From an uncultured Verrucomicrobiota bacterium (GTDB lineage Bacteria; Verrucomicrobiota; Verrucomicrobiia; Limisphaerales; UBA8199), in NCBI GenBank assembly GCA_964401575.1, contig CAYNZC010000005.1, positions 11,137 to 75,136 of the forward strand: DNA of 64,000 nt. The letters run 5' to 3'. Position numbers and translations under genes: made by a program. The notes under the pieces were generated by a model. It had not been told where the DNA came from. It saw only the letters and a list, made by a program, of their open reading frames with translations, and did not search any database. Below are positions 40,368 through 50,146 of the stretch, piece after piece; position 1 is the stretch's first letter; each line of letters begins with the position of its first letter.

Positions 40368-41104
40368 AAGGCGCTTAATCCGAGCACGTCTTCCATGCTG
40401 TAGAGGCCCGGTTTTCTGCCCGGCAGCCACGTGGCGGCGCGAAGCGCCCCGTTCGCGAATGTTTCGCGATTCGAGGCTTTGTGCGTGAGTTCGACCCTTT
40501 CACCTTGAGCGGCGAAAAGGACGGTGTGATCGCCCACAACGTCGCCTGCGCGGATCGAGTGAATGCCGATTTCGGTGGGGGTGCGTTCGCCGGTGATGCC
40601 CGAGCGACCATACCGCGCCGATTCCGGAAGTTGGAGCCCACGCACCTGGGCGAGGATTTCCGCGAGGGTTTTTGCGGTGCCGCTCGGCGCATCTCTCTTC
40701 AAACGATGATGCGTTTCGATGACCTCCATATCGTAGGATGGTCCGAGGATTTCCGCGGCTTTGCGAGTAAGCCAAAAAAGCGTGTTCACACCCGTGGAGA
40801 AGTTCGAAGACCACACCATCGGGATTCTTGCCGCCTGCGCGAGAACAGACTGGCGCTGCTCGTCGGAATGCCCCGTTGTGCCGATGACCAGGGGTTTTGC
40901 CGCGGCGGCGCAGGCGGCGGCGATGTCCGCCGTGGCTGAGTGTGTGGTGAAGTCAATGACGACATCGGCTTGAGGGAGCGCCTTTCGGATATCGTCGCCC
41001 TGGTCCACGCGCGCTGCCACCGTGATTTCGGGGATATTGGCGGCGCGGGCGATCAGAGCGGCGCCCATGCGGCCTTTGTAACCGGCTATGATGATACGGA
41101 CCAT
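40364..41104 (-). CDS. dapB: 4-hydroxy-tetrahydrodipicolinate reductase
   Basis: MVRIIIAGYKGRMG...VIETHHRLKRDAPSGTA. Confidence 0.93.
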   Translation of the reverse strand: MVRIIIAGYKGRMGAALIARAANIPEITVAARVDQGDDIRKALPQADVVIDFTTHSATADIAAACAAAAKPLVIGTTGHSDEQRQSVLAQAARIPMVWSSNFSTGVNTLFWLTRKAAEILGPSYDMEVIETHHRLKRDAPSGTAKTLAEILAQVRGLQLPESARYGRSGITGERTPTEIGIHSIRAGDVVGDHTVLFAAQGERVELTHKASNRETFANGALRAATWLPGRKPGLYSMEDVLGLSAL

Positions 41105-41120
41105 GTTGCCTTCTTTCAGT

Positions 41121-42008
41121 TCACGATTTCGATTTCAGGATGCCGCATTGCTTCAGGGTTGCGCGCAGCAGTTCCTTGTTCTTCGCGCTCATGGGCACGA
41201 GTGGCAGCCGGCATTCCTCCTCCATCCTTCCGAGCATGGCGAGAGCCGCCTTTACCGGAACTGGATTCGTCTCGATAAACAAGTTTTTGAAAACGGGGTA
41301 ATAGGCCCTGTGGAGTTTGAGGGCACGGCGCAAGTCACCTGAGGCAAACGCGCGGACCATGGCCGAAACCTGCCTGGGAATGATATTGGAGGCGACACTG
41401 ATTACGCCCTGGGCGCCGACAGCCATGAACGGGAGCGTGAGCGAGTCGTCTCCGCTAAGGATTACAAAGCCTGGTTCTGTGGACGCGCGCAACTGGCTGA
41501 CGCGATCGGCATTGCCGCCGGCTTCCTTGATGGCGACGATGCTTTTGCAGTCGCGCGCGAGCCTTGCCACGGTATCCACGGCGATCTCCACGCCGCAGCG
41601 AGCGGGAATGCTATAGAGAATGATCGGCAGCTTTGTGCTTTCCGAAACCTTCCGGAAATGCTGGTAGAGCCCCTCCTGCGAGGGCTTGTTGTAGTAGGGG
41701 GCCACCTGGAGTGAGGCGTCCGCGCCGGCTTTGGCCGCGCGCTCCGTCAGGTAAACCGCTTCCGTTGTGGAATTGCCGCCGGTCCCGGCGATGACTTTGA
41801 TACGTCCGGCAGCGATTTTGACTGACTGTTCGATCACGTAGGAATGCTCGTCGTAATCGAGCGTGGGCGACTCGCCGGTGGTTCCCACGGGGACGATGCC
41901 ATCCACGCCGCCCTTGACCTGCGCGCGAATAAGGTTTGCGAGAGCGCGTTCGTCCAGCTTCCCGTTTTTGAACGGGGTTACGATTGCAGTATAGGTTCCT
42001 GTAAACAT
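41121..42008 (-). CDS. dapA: 4-hydroxy-tetrahydrodipicolinate synthase
   Basis: Internal ATG 42008 (MFTGTYTAIVTPF...). Motifs GTTGES and YNKP are present, with the Schiff-base Lys in AIKEAGG. Confidence 0.93.
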   Translation of the reverse strand: MFTGTYTAIVTPFKNGKLDERALANLIRAQVKGGVDGIVPVGTTGESPTLDYDEHSYVIEQSVKIAAGRIKVIAGTGGNSTTEAVYLTERAAKAGADASLQVAPYYNKPSQEGLYQHFRKVSESTKLPIILYSIPARCGVEIAVDTVARLARDCKSIVAIKEAGGNADRVSQLRASTEPGFVILSGDDSLTLPFMAVGAQGVISVASNIIPRQVSAMVRAFASGDLRRALKLHRAYYPVFKNLFIETNPVPVKAALAMLGRMEEECRLPLVPMSAKNKELLRATLKQCGILKSKS

Positions 42009-42009
42009 T

Positions 42010-42819
42010 TTAGATCTCAATGGTTCCTTCAAAAACGAATTCGGCCGGGCCGGAAAGTTGAACATTGTGGAGGCGGGCGCCGTCCTTCTCAAAAGAGACG
42101 TCGAGCTGCGCCCCGCTTTGGACTCGCACTCGAACCGGCGAATCAAAACCGTGGACTTGTGATGAGACCAGCGCTGCTGCGCTAACCCCTGTGCCGCAGG
42201 CGAGAGTCTCGCCCTCGACGCCGCGCTCGAAAGTTCTCACGCGAATGGAATTCCGGGCCAGGACCTGGGCAAAATTGACATTCGTTCCGCGTGGGCCGAA
42301 GTGGGGGTGCCTGCGGATTTCAGCGCCCAATTGCCGGACCATAACCTTTTCCACATCCGGGACAAACAACACGGCGTGAGGCACTCCGGTGTTCACGAAG
42401 TTGGCTTTTTCGACGCCAGTGGAGAGCGGCAGGTCAAAACCTGTGCGCAAATCTTTCGGGTCGGTCAGGTTGACAGTGACGCGGCTGCTTTGGAAGAGGG
42501 CGGTGATAACACCCGCACCGGTCTCAAAGGAAAGTTTGTCGCGCGCGCCGGTCAGTCTCTGAGCGAAACGGGCGAAGCAGCGCGCGCCGTTGCCGCACAT
42601 TTCGCCGGGGCTACCATCGCTGTTGTAAAACTGCCATGCCCAATCCGCTTTGCCGGAAGCGCAGGGGACAAGCAGGATCAACCCATCCGCGCCGATGCCG
42701 TGGTGGCGATCGCACAGCCTGACGATCCGCGCGGTCGAAAGCTCGATTCCGCGCTGGCGGTTGTCCACAAGCACGAAGTCATTTCCGGCCCCGCTCATTT
42801 TCACAAAATTCAGAGTCAT
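42010..42819 (-). CDS. dapF: Diaminopimelate epimerase
   Basis: KMSGAGNDFV...NSDGSPGEMCGNGARC...ETLACGTG. Both catalytic Cys are present. Confidence 0.93.
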   Translation of the reverse strand: MTLNFVKMSGAGNDFVLVDNRQRGIELSTARIVRLCDRHHGIGADGLILLVPCASGKADWAWQFYNSDGSPGEMCGNGARCFARFAQRLTGARDKLSFETGAGVITALFQSSRVTVNLTDPKDLRTGFDLPLSTGVEKANFVNTGVPHAVLFVPDVEKVMVRQLGAEIRRHPHFGPRGTNVNFAQVLARNSIRVRTFERGVEGETLACGTGVSAAALVSSQVHGFDSPVRVRVQSGAQLDVSFEKDGARLHNVQLSGPAEFVFEGTIEI

Positions 42820-42949
42820 CTGAGTCCAACATCCTAAGCAGGTTTAAAACCGCTGAAAAGCGCAAATGAAAGTGGCTGAGCGCGCCGGCTCGCCAAGCGG
42901 GTTTCGCGCAGATACTTGGGGTGAAGGAAACGTCGTGACGGCCGTCCGG

Positions 42950-44689
42950 TCAGGAAGCGGATGTCAGCACGAGGACCTGCTCGAGGGTGGAAATCCCGTC
43001 TCTTGCGCGATCGAGTGCCACCATGCGCAAGGTGCGCATTCCCTGGCCGATGGCGACTTTCGCCAGTTCACGCGTATTGGCGCGGGCAATGATCAGTTTA
43101 CGCAATTCGTCGGTGATTGTCATGGCCTCAATGACTGCGAGGCGTCCGGAGTAGCCCGAGTTTTTGCAACGATCGCAGCCACGTCCCCTATAGAGGGTTA
43201 CACCATCAAAGATGCTCGGGTCGATGCCCAGGTCCTGATACATCTTGTGGGGGTATGTCACGGGCTCTTTGCAGTGCGAGCAAATGCGCCGCATGAGCCG
43301 CTGAGCACACGAGAGGATGACGGAAGAAGAGATCAGGAACGGCGCGATGCCCATATCGTCCAGGCGCGCGATGGCGCCGGGTGCGTCGTTACAGTGCATC
43401 GTGCTGAGAACCTGGTGTCCGGTCAGGGCGGCTTCGACTGCGATTTCGGCCGTTTCAGTATCGCGAATCTCACCGATCATGATGATGTCCGGATCCTGGC
43501 GGAGAATGGATCTGAGGGCATTGGCAAACGTGAGGCCGATTTCCTTTTTTGTGGCGACCTGATTGATGCCGGGAACCTGGAACTCGACCGGGTCTTCAAC
43601 CGTGATGATGTTGTAAACGGGGTTATTGAGTTCGTTCAGGGCTGAGTAAAGTGTTGTGGTCTTGCCTGAGCCGGTTGGTCCTGTGACGAGGATCAGTCCG
43701 TGCGGCGCGTCCACTGCCGCCTTGAATTGTTGGAACGTGTCCGGGTCCAGTCCGAGCTTGTCGATGCTGGCTGACAGATTCGATTTGTCGAGTACGCGGA
43801 GCACGATCTTTTCACCGTGGACTGTCGGCATGATCGAAACGCGCAAGTCGTAATCCTTGCCCGCGACACGAATGCGGATGCGTCCGTCCTGGGGGAGGCG
43901 GCGTTCGGCAATGTCGAGGCTGCTCATGATTTTAAACCGGGAAACCAGCGCGAGTTGCATCTGCTTGGGCGGCGGGGTGGCGTCCATAAGTACGCCGTCA
44001 ATGCGGTAACGCAATCGCATTGTCCGCTCGAATGGCTCAATGTGCACATCGCTTGCGCGATCCTTAATGGCCTGCAGCAAAATCAGGTTTGCGAGTTTGA
44101 TGACCGGCGCCTCTTCGCTGGAAGCCGCGAGTTGGTCGAGGTTGACCTCTTCGTTGAACTCGCGTGAGACCTCGAGTTTGTCGGCATCCTCGTCAATATC
44201 ACCCTGCTTTTTGGCATGGTTGATGATGTCCTCCATGCTGCCGCTCTTGGAGGCGTCAATCGTGTTAAGTTTTTCGATGATGGCCTTTTCGGAGGCGATC
44301 AGGGGGGCGACCTCGAGTTTGGTGATGCGCCGGACGTCATCGATGGCGAGGACGTTTAGCGGGTCGGCCATCGCGATGAAAAGCTTGTTGTCGAGCCTTG
44401 ATACGGGCACCACCTTATGGTTGTGGGCCACTTCGCGAGGGATGAGGTCGGAGACCTCCGGGGGCACGGACAGGCGTGTGAGGTTGATGGGCGGAGTATT
44501 CAAGACGCGGCCCATAGACACGGCCATGTCCTGTTCGCTGACGTAGGCTTTATCCAGGATCAGTTTGAGAAGGCGTGTGCCCTCCTTTTTCTGCTGTTCG
44601 AGCAACTCCTCAATCTGGCGGGCCGAGAGCAAGCCATCTTCAACCAGCGCGTCCGCGATGCGTTCACCGAAAGTCTTTGGAGTAGCCAT
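42950..44689 (-). CDS. GspE/PilB-family secretion ATPase (T2SS / type IV pilus assembly type)
   Basis: Walker A GPTGSGKTT, the Asp box, Walker B, the His box and a tetracysteine motif CSHC...CDRC. The N-terminal segment is MshEN-like. Confidence 0.9.
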   Translation of the reverse strand: MATPKTFGERIADALVEDGLLSARQIEELLEQQKKEGTRLLKLILDKAYVSEQDMAVSMGRVLNTPPINLTRLSVPPEVSDLIPREVAHNHKVVPVSRLDNKLFIAMADPLNVLAIDDVRRITKLEVAPLIASEKAIIEKLNTIDASKSGSMEDIINHAKKQGDIDEDADKLEVSREFNEEVNLDQLAASSEEAPVIKLANLILLQAIKDRASDVHIEPFERTMRLRYRIDGVLMDATPPPKQMQLALVSRFKIMSSLDIAERRLPQDGRIRIRVAGKDYDLRVSIMPTVHGEKIVLRVLDKSNLSASIDKLGLDPDTFQQFKAAVDAPHGLILVTGPTGSGKTTTLYSALNELNNPVYNIITVEDPVEFQVPGINQVATKKEIGLTFANALRSILRQDPDIIMIGEIRDTETAEIAVEAALTGHQVLSTMHCNDAPGAIARLDDMGIAPFLISSSVILSCAQRLMRRICSHCKEPVTYPHKMYQDLGIDPSIFDGVTLYRGRGCDRCKNSGYSGRLAVIEAMTITDELRKLIIARANTRELAKVAIGQGMRTLRMVALDRARDGISTLEQVLVLTSAS

Positions 44690-44693
44690 GATG

Positions 44694-45545
44694 TTACCTG
44701 AAAGCTTTCCGAAGGTTTTTTAGGAGTTCGGATGGTGGAACCACGTACCAGAGGAGCCGATTGGGAGTGGCCTCGGCCAGTTCTTTGCCTGCCTGCTGGT
44801 TATAGGGGTTACAGGTGGCGACAAGTATGGATTTGCTCATCCGGTCGATGGGCAACACGCACCAGCGGCGGCATGTGGCTGCTGGAAATGTTCGGGCAAG
44901 ATCAATGTCGATGTCGTAGTTCTGTAGTGGCAGATAAGCCACACGGGACCTGTCACTAATGAGCTTCAGCGATTTATCGGTGGGGCAAAGGCCTTTTTCA
45001 TCGAGCAAATAAATGAAAGGCTCGATCGGGGCGGTGGGGGGGTGCGCAAGATCAGGCACTGGCCAGCATAGATCAAAATCTCCGGCAGTGATGATCTTGC
45101 TGTCCACGAAGAGTTTGTACATCGCTCTTCTGCCGTCTTCGACTTCGGCGGCGCCCGCCCCGGGGACGACCAACTTGGTGAAACGTGTGGTGTTTCCGTG
45201 CCTGGTGGTTGTACTGGCAGTTTCAATCGGGGATTGGTCTGGCAGGCTGCCCGCTCTATTCTCAATGTCCTTGAGAGCCTTGATGACGTCTGCGTCTTCG
45301 GGTGCGTGCTGGAGAATGGTTTCGTATTCGAGAATCGCCGAGGAGAGTTGGCCCAACTGGACATAGGCTTCTGCGATCTTCTTTGAGGTGCGAATGACAT
45401 CGGGCTCCCGCCCGAGCTTCATGTACGCTTCCTTAAGGATCTCAAGCGATTGGTAGTCCTGGGGCTGTGATTGAGTGATCACTTCGAACATCTCAATCGT
45501 CTGCGCCAGTTGTGCTTCTTCGTTTGGACTCGCTACTGTGGCCAT
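44694..45545 (-). CDS. TPR-like + GspE-N (MshEN-like) domain protein, no ATPase domain
   Basis: The N-terminal half has TPR-like helices (AYMKLGREPDVIRTSKKIAEAYVQLGQLSSAILEYETIL). The C-terminus, AATCRRWCVLPIDRMSKSILVATCNPYN..., resembles the T2SS-E N-terminal domain. Start at ATG 45545 or ATG 45599. Confidence 0.6.
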   Translation of the reverse strand: MATVASPNEEAQLAQTIEMFEVITQSQPQDYQSLEILKEAYMKLGREPDVIRTSKKIAEAYVQLGQLSSAILEYETILQHAPEDADVIKALKDIENRAGSLPDQSPIETASTTTRHGNTTRFTKLVVPGAGAAEVEDGRRAMYKLFVDSKIITAGDFDLCWPVPDLAHPPTAPIEPFIYLLDEKGLCPTDKSLKLISDRSRVAYLPLQNYDIDIDLARTFPAATCRRWCVLPIDRMSKSILVATCNPYNQQAGKELAEATPNRLLWYVVPPSELLKNLRKAFR

Positions 45546-45781
45546 GTCAAAATTGTCTTCCTGAGTTGTTTTTAGACCTGTTAAGCGACCATTGTGCATA
45601 GATGTAGCAATCTTTCGGCCATTTGGATGGCAGAGAGCAATTTTCGCAGAGTTGCATTTTCATAGTTGATTCGGGTGACTACAGGCTGGACAAATCCGCC
45701 TCGTTTTTACACAGGCAAGCTTCGATTCAGGAACGATTTGCCAATTTGGCGGTGAAATGGGACGCTCGAGAGAGATTTCTG

Positions 45782-48700
45782 ATGGAACACTATGTCCCAA
45801 CAATGAGACCGGCCCCGGGACAGCGCATGCGGCGCTTCGTGGGCGATCGGATTGTTTTCGAGGTCAATGACGTTGCGGGCAGGAGCCCCGGCAAGGGCTG
45901 GCGGGCTCTTCTTCGGACCAACCTGGGCCGAGGGGAAACCCTTCGAGCTGAAATCATAGAGTCCCACGCCAAGGGGATGCCCTTTGCAGGGAGATCGTGG
46001 CGGGACATTCCGATGGAAAGCACGCCCAGCGGTTGGAGGCTCGATCTGACCCTTGCGGAGCCGGGCTTTTTCAAGGCAAAGGCTTACCTGCTGGATCCCA
46101 AGGGTTGGCAACACTGGCCCGATGGGCCGGATTTTGGACTCGCCGTCCACCCGGATCATTCGCGCACGGCCAACACGGTTTACTGCGCTTTTCCGCGCAT
46201 GTTTGGAGAGACCAGGACTACCGAGAAGCTTGAGCCGTCAGCAGATGTGGCAATCGAGGTGCTGGATGGCTGCGGCTACGCGGTAATTCCTCCATCGGGA
46301 AAACTGCGGGATTTGGCGGCGCAGATTCCACACATCTTTGGGCGCCTCGGTTGCCGGGTGCTGCACCTGCTCCCGGTGAACCCGGTGCCGACGACCTACG
46401 CCCGATTTGGCCGGTATGGCAGCCCCTATGCCGCGCTGGACCTGGCAGGGGTCGACCCGGCGTTGGTGGTTTTCGACAGACATTCCACCGGGGCTGAGCA
46501 GTTCCAGGAACTAACCAGCGCCGCCCACTTGCACGGGGGCAGGGTCTTCCTGGACATTGTTGCGAATCACACAGGCTGGGGTTCGAATTTGCAGGAGAAT
46601 CATCCTGAATGGTTTCTGCGTGCCGGCTCGGGAGAGTTTAAGAGCCCCGGGGCATGGGGGGTGACATGGGAGGATCTCGTGGAACTCAAGCACACAACCG
46701 TCGGACTGTGGGATAACCTTTCGGAAGTATTTCTGACCTGGTGCCGAAGGGGGGTGGACGGTTTCCGATGCGATGCGGGCTATATGGTGCCGGTTCCCGC
46801 CTGGCAATACATCATTGCGCGCGTTCAACAGGAATTTCCCGACATCGTCTTCTTTCTGGAGGGGTTGGGGGGGGCATGGGAAGCCACAGAGGCGTTGCTC
46901 ACTGAGGGCGGCATGCAATGGGCCTACTCGGAGCTCTTTCAGAATTACTCTGGCCCGGAAGTGGCCCGTTATCTGGATCATTCTATCTCAAAAAGCCGGG
47001 ATGTGGGGCTGCTTGTGCATTATAGCGAGACGCACGACAATGACCGGTTGGCCGCACGCGGTCGCCAGTGGTCGCTTCTGAGGAACCGATTGTGCGCCTT
47101 AACCTCGGACAATGGCGGTTTCGGATTCACCTGTGGCGTGGAGTGGCTGGCGACAGAGAAGATCAAGGTTCACGGCAGGCCCCCGATGCGGTGGGGCGCG
47201 CCGGACAACATCATTGACGAACTCTCGAGGCTGAACGGCTTGCTTTTGAATCATCCCTGCTTTTTTGACGGGGCCGTGGTGGAAAGACTGACGGAACCGG
47301 ATTCGCAAGTCGTTGCCTTGCTCCGAACTTCTGCTGAGAGTCGGGACTCTGTCATAGTGCTGGTGAATGCTGACCTTTTCAATGAGCGTACATTCACTCC
47401 GGAGCCTTCACATCAGGAGAAGATTACGCGACTTTTCGGCCCGGAAGGGCTGGAGGGTTGCAGCGAGCTGCTCGGTCAGCCCAAACCCAGAATTTCGCAT
47501 GGAGAACGGGTGGTAATCACGCTTGCGCCCGGGACGGCCTATTGTTTGGGGTTTGCCCCGGGAGATTTCGCGGGTGAGGCGTACCGTCGGGCGCGTGCTC
47601 GGGCTGCGTGGGCGATAAGAGCGTTGAATTCTCTGTTACCGGTCGAGAAGATCCCGCTGGCTGACTGGCGGGAGCTCTCGAAAATGGTTGATAAGGATCC
47701 GGCAGGATTTCTTGGTGCTGTGTCGCAGCTTGAAGCCGGGATGCTCGAACTTGCCGAACGGGCAGCTCAAATCCCAATCCCGACCGGATACCTGCCGGTG
47801 GTGGAGTGGGGGCTGGCGGACGTCAACCGTGTTACTCTGGTGCCGCCAGGGCATTGGGTTCTTATTTGTGACAGCAAGCCGTTTCGTCTTTGTCTCGATT
47901 CCGGCAGTGGGCGCAAAGCGAACCTTGAATCCGTTCAAGTCACAGCAGGACACGTGGCGGCCATCCCGCCCGGTTGGCCTGCGGGGGACTCGATGCTGCG
48001 GTTGGAGCGCTTTGATACCGAGCGACGGCAGGCTGCGGCCACGCTTCGTTTTATTCCCGAGGAGTTTTCGTCTGAACTTACCGTTGCCAAGCCTCGCCAA
48101 AACGACCTGTTGCTGCTTACCAATGGGCGTGGCGGCATGGCGCGAATCCCTTTGGATCCGGGCCGGGTCATTTCAAAGTACGATTGTGTCCTGGGCGCGA
48201 ACCTGCATCCGGAATTCCCGGTGGACAGGCATGTATTCGTCAAACGCATACGCGTATGGGTCAACGCGGATGGTTTTCTCTCGCCTCTCGACGCGCAGCA
48301 ATTGCGTCTTTTCGAACCGGGGCCGCCGGCCAGGTGGCATTTTGTTGCCAATGCGGGTGATGGTAGAACCGCCGAAATCGAAATGAGCGCCGCAATGCTT
48401 CAGGGGCAAAACACGACTGTGTTCCGCCTCTCCCGTCCTGCGGTCACAGATGCGAGGGGCAAACAACTCCCACCCAAGTGTGATGTGAGGCTGACCGTCC
48501 GGTTTGATATCGAGGATCGTGGATTTCATACTGAGACTCACCGCAATGGGGGCGCGGATTTGCATTTCGGGTCCAACACGCGGCCCCTGCCTGGTAGCGA
48601 TTGGCGGGAGGACGGTCGGGCCTTCTGTGGTTTTGAGTTTGTTCCTGCCGCGGAGCGGTCGTTGAGAGTCTATAGTGACAAAGGCCTCTACTATTCGCAG

Positions 48701-50146
48701 GAGGAGTGGAGCCAGTGTATTCCGCATCCGGTGGAGCAGAGCAGGGGACAAATTGATCACGGGGATGCTTTCAGCCCCGGTTGGTTTGAGATTCCGCTGG
48801 CCAAGGGCGAGTCGGCGATTTTGATTGTTACAGCCGAATCCCAAAAGCCGACGACGAGTGAATTGGAAAGCGCATGGCATCCAAACCAGCCTGCGAACCA
48901 CGCGAGGTCGTCTAGGGAGGATGGGTTTTCGAGAGTTTTAATGCAGGCGGCGGAAGCTTTCATTACGAAACGTGGCTCGGGCAAGAGTGTTATTGCAGGA
49001 TATCCATGGTTTCTGGACTGGGGTAGAGATACTTTTATCGCCGCCCGCGGACTCATTTCGGCAGGATGGCACAGTGAGGTGTCCCAGATCGTGCGGACCT
49101 TTGCGCGATTTGAAGAAGACGGCACACTGCCCAACACGATATTCGGGGAGGATGCATCAAATCGCGACACGTCGGATGCGCCGCTTTGGTTCGCGGTCGT
49201 TTGCGAGGAACTCATGGAGTCGGCCCCGGAAGGCATAGAGAGCCGTTTTTTGTCCGAGGCGGTGGACGAGTCGGGCCGCACGATGCGAGACGTTCTTGAG
49301 AGCATTGCTGATCACTACATCAGCGGCACCCCGAACGGAATCCTCATGGATGCGGCAACCGGGCTTATTTGGAGCCCGTCACATTTCACTTGGATGGACA
49401 CGAACTATCCGGCCGGAACTCCACGTGAGGGTTATCCCATTGAGATTCAGGCGCTGTGGATACGGATGCTCAGGTTTCTGGCGCGTGTGGGGGCGCGAGG
49501 ACGCAGGTCCAAGTGGGAGGTGCTGGCGCGGCAGGCTTGTGATTCTGTTGAGAAGCACTTTTGGCTGCCGGAGAAGAACTATTACTCTGATCTTTTGGGG
49601 TGCGGCCGGGGTGTTCCGGCAATGCAAGCAGTCAAAGATGACGCCCTCCGTAGCAACGCCTGCTTTCTCGCAAGTCTTGGGATCAGTGCCGGAGACCGTG
49701 CGCGCTCGACGGTTGCGGCTGCTGCGCGGCATTTGCTCGTGCCCGGCGCGCTTCGGAGCCTTGCTCCAATGGCCGTCTGCGTGCCACTGCCTGTGTGCGA
49801 TGGCAGTGGCAGGTTATTGAACGATCCGCACACGCCCTACTGGGGCCGATACGAGGGCGATGAGGATACCCGCAGGAAACCCGCTTACCATAACGGCACT
49901 GCGTGGGTGTGGACGCTTCCGGTTTTCTGCGAAGCGCTGGCGAGGGCGTGGGATTTTGCTCCCGGTGCGGTTTCGGCGGCTCGGGCGTACCTTGGTTCCA
50001 CCGAACGACTGCTCTGCGAGAACTGCATAGGGCATCTACCCGAAATTGTTGACGGCGACGCTCCTCACACTCAGCGGGGATGTGACGCGCAAGCCTGGAG
50101 TGTGACTGAAACATTGCGAGTGTGGCTTCTACTTGGAGGAAAATGA
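45782..50146 (+). CDS. Giant fusion: GH13 alpha-amylase-family catalytic domain + glycogen-debranching (GDE_N + amylo-alpha-1,6-glucosidase) module
   Basis: The track ORF opens at TTG 45623, and the first ATG is 45782. GH13 motifs: FLDIVANHTG, GVDGFRCDAGYMV, FFLEGLGG, YSETHDNDR. The GDE part has LLLLTNGRGGMARIP...GYPWFLDWGRDTFIA...YHNGTAWVW. Confidence 0.85.
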   Translation: MEHYVPTMRPAPGQRMRRFVGDRIVFEVNDVAGRSPGKGWRALLRTNLGRGETLRAEIIESHAKGMPFAGRSWRDIPMESTPSGWRLDLTLAEPGFFKAKAYLLDPKGWQHWPDGPDFGLAVHPDHSRTANTVYCAFPRMFGETRTTEKLEPSADVAIEVLDGCGYAVIPPSGKLRDLAAQIPHIFGRLGCRVLHLLPVNPVPTTYARFGRYGSPYAALDLAGVDPALVVFDRHSTGAEQFQELTSAAHLHGGRVFLDIVANHTGWGSNLQENHPEWFLRAGSGEFKSPGAWGVTWEDLVELKHTTVGLWDNLSEVFLTWCRRGVDGFRCDAGYMVPVPAWQYIIARVQQEFPDIVFFLEGLGGAWEATEALLTEGGMQWAYSELFQNYSGPEVARYLDHSISKSRDVGLLVHYSETHDNDRLAARGRQWSLLRNRLCALTSDNGGFGFTCGVEWLATEKIKVHGRPPMRWGAPDNIIDELSRLNGLLLNHPCFFDGAVVERLTEPDSQVVALLRTSAESRDSVIVLVNADLFNERTFTPEPSHQEKITRLFGPEGLEGCSELLGQPKPRISHGERVVITLAPGTAYCLGFAPGDFAGEAYRRARARAAWAIRALNSLLPVEKIPLADWRELSKMVDKDPAGFLGAVSQLEAGMLELAERAAQIPIPTGYLPVVEWGLADVNRVTLVPPGHWVLICDSKPFRLCLDSGSGRKANLESVQVTAGHVAAIPPGWPAGDSMLRLERFDTERRQAAATLRFIPEEFSSELTVAKPRQNDLLLLTNGRGGMARIPLDPGRVISKYDCVLGANLHPEFPVDRHVFVKRIRVWVNADGFLSPLDAQQLRLFEPGPPARWHFVANAGDGRTAEIEMSAAMLQGQNTTVFRLSRPAVTDARGKQLPPKCDVRLTVRFDIEDRGFHTETHRNGGADLHFGSNTRPLPGSDWREDGRAFCGFEFVPAAERSLRVYSDKGLYYSQEEWSQCIPHPVEQSRGQIDHGDAFSPGWFEIPLAKGESAILIVTAESQKPTTSELESAWHPNQPANHARSSREDGFSRVLMQAAEAFITKRGSGKSVIAGYPWFLDWGRDTFIAARGLISAGWHSEVSQIVRTFARFEEDGTLPNTIFGEDASNRDTSDAPLWFAVVCEELMESAPEGIESRFLSEAVDESGRTMRDVLESIADHYISGTPNGILMDAATGLIWSPSHFTWMDTNYPAGTPREGYPIEIQALWIRMLRFLARVGARGRRSKWEVLARQACDSVEKHFWLPEKNYYSDLLGCGRGVPAMQAVKDDALRSNACFLASLGISAGDRARSTVAAAARHLLVPGALRSLAPMAVCVPLPVCDGSGRLLNDPHTPYWGRYEGDEDTRRKPAYHNGTAWVWTLPVFCEALARAWDFAPGAVSAARAYLGSTERLLCENCIGHLPEIVDGDAPHTQRGCDAQAWSVTETLRVWLLLGGK

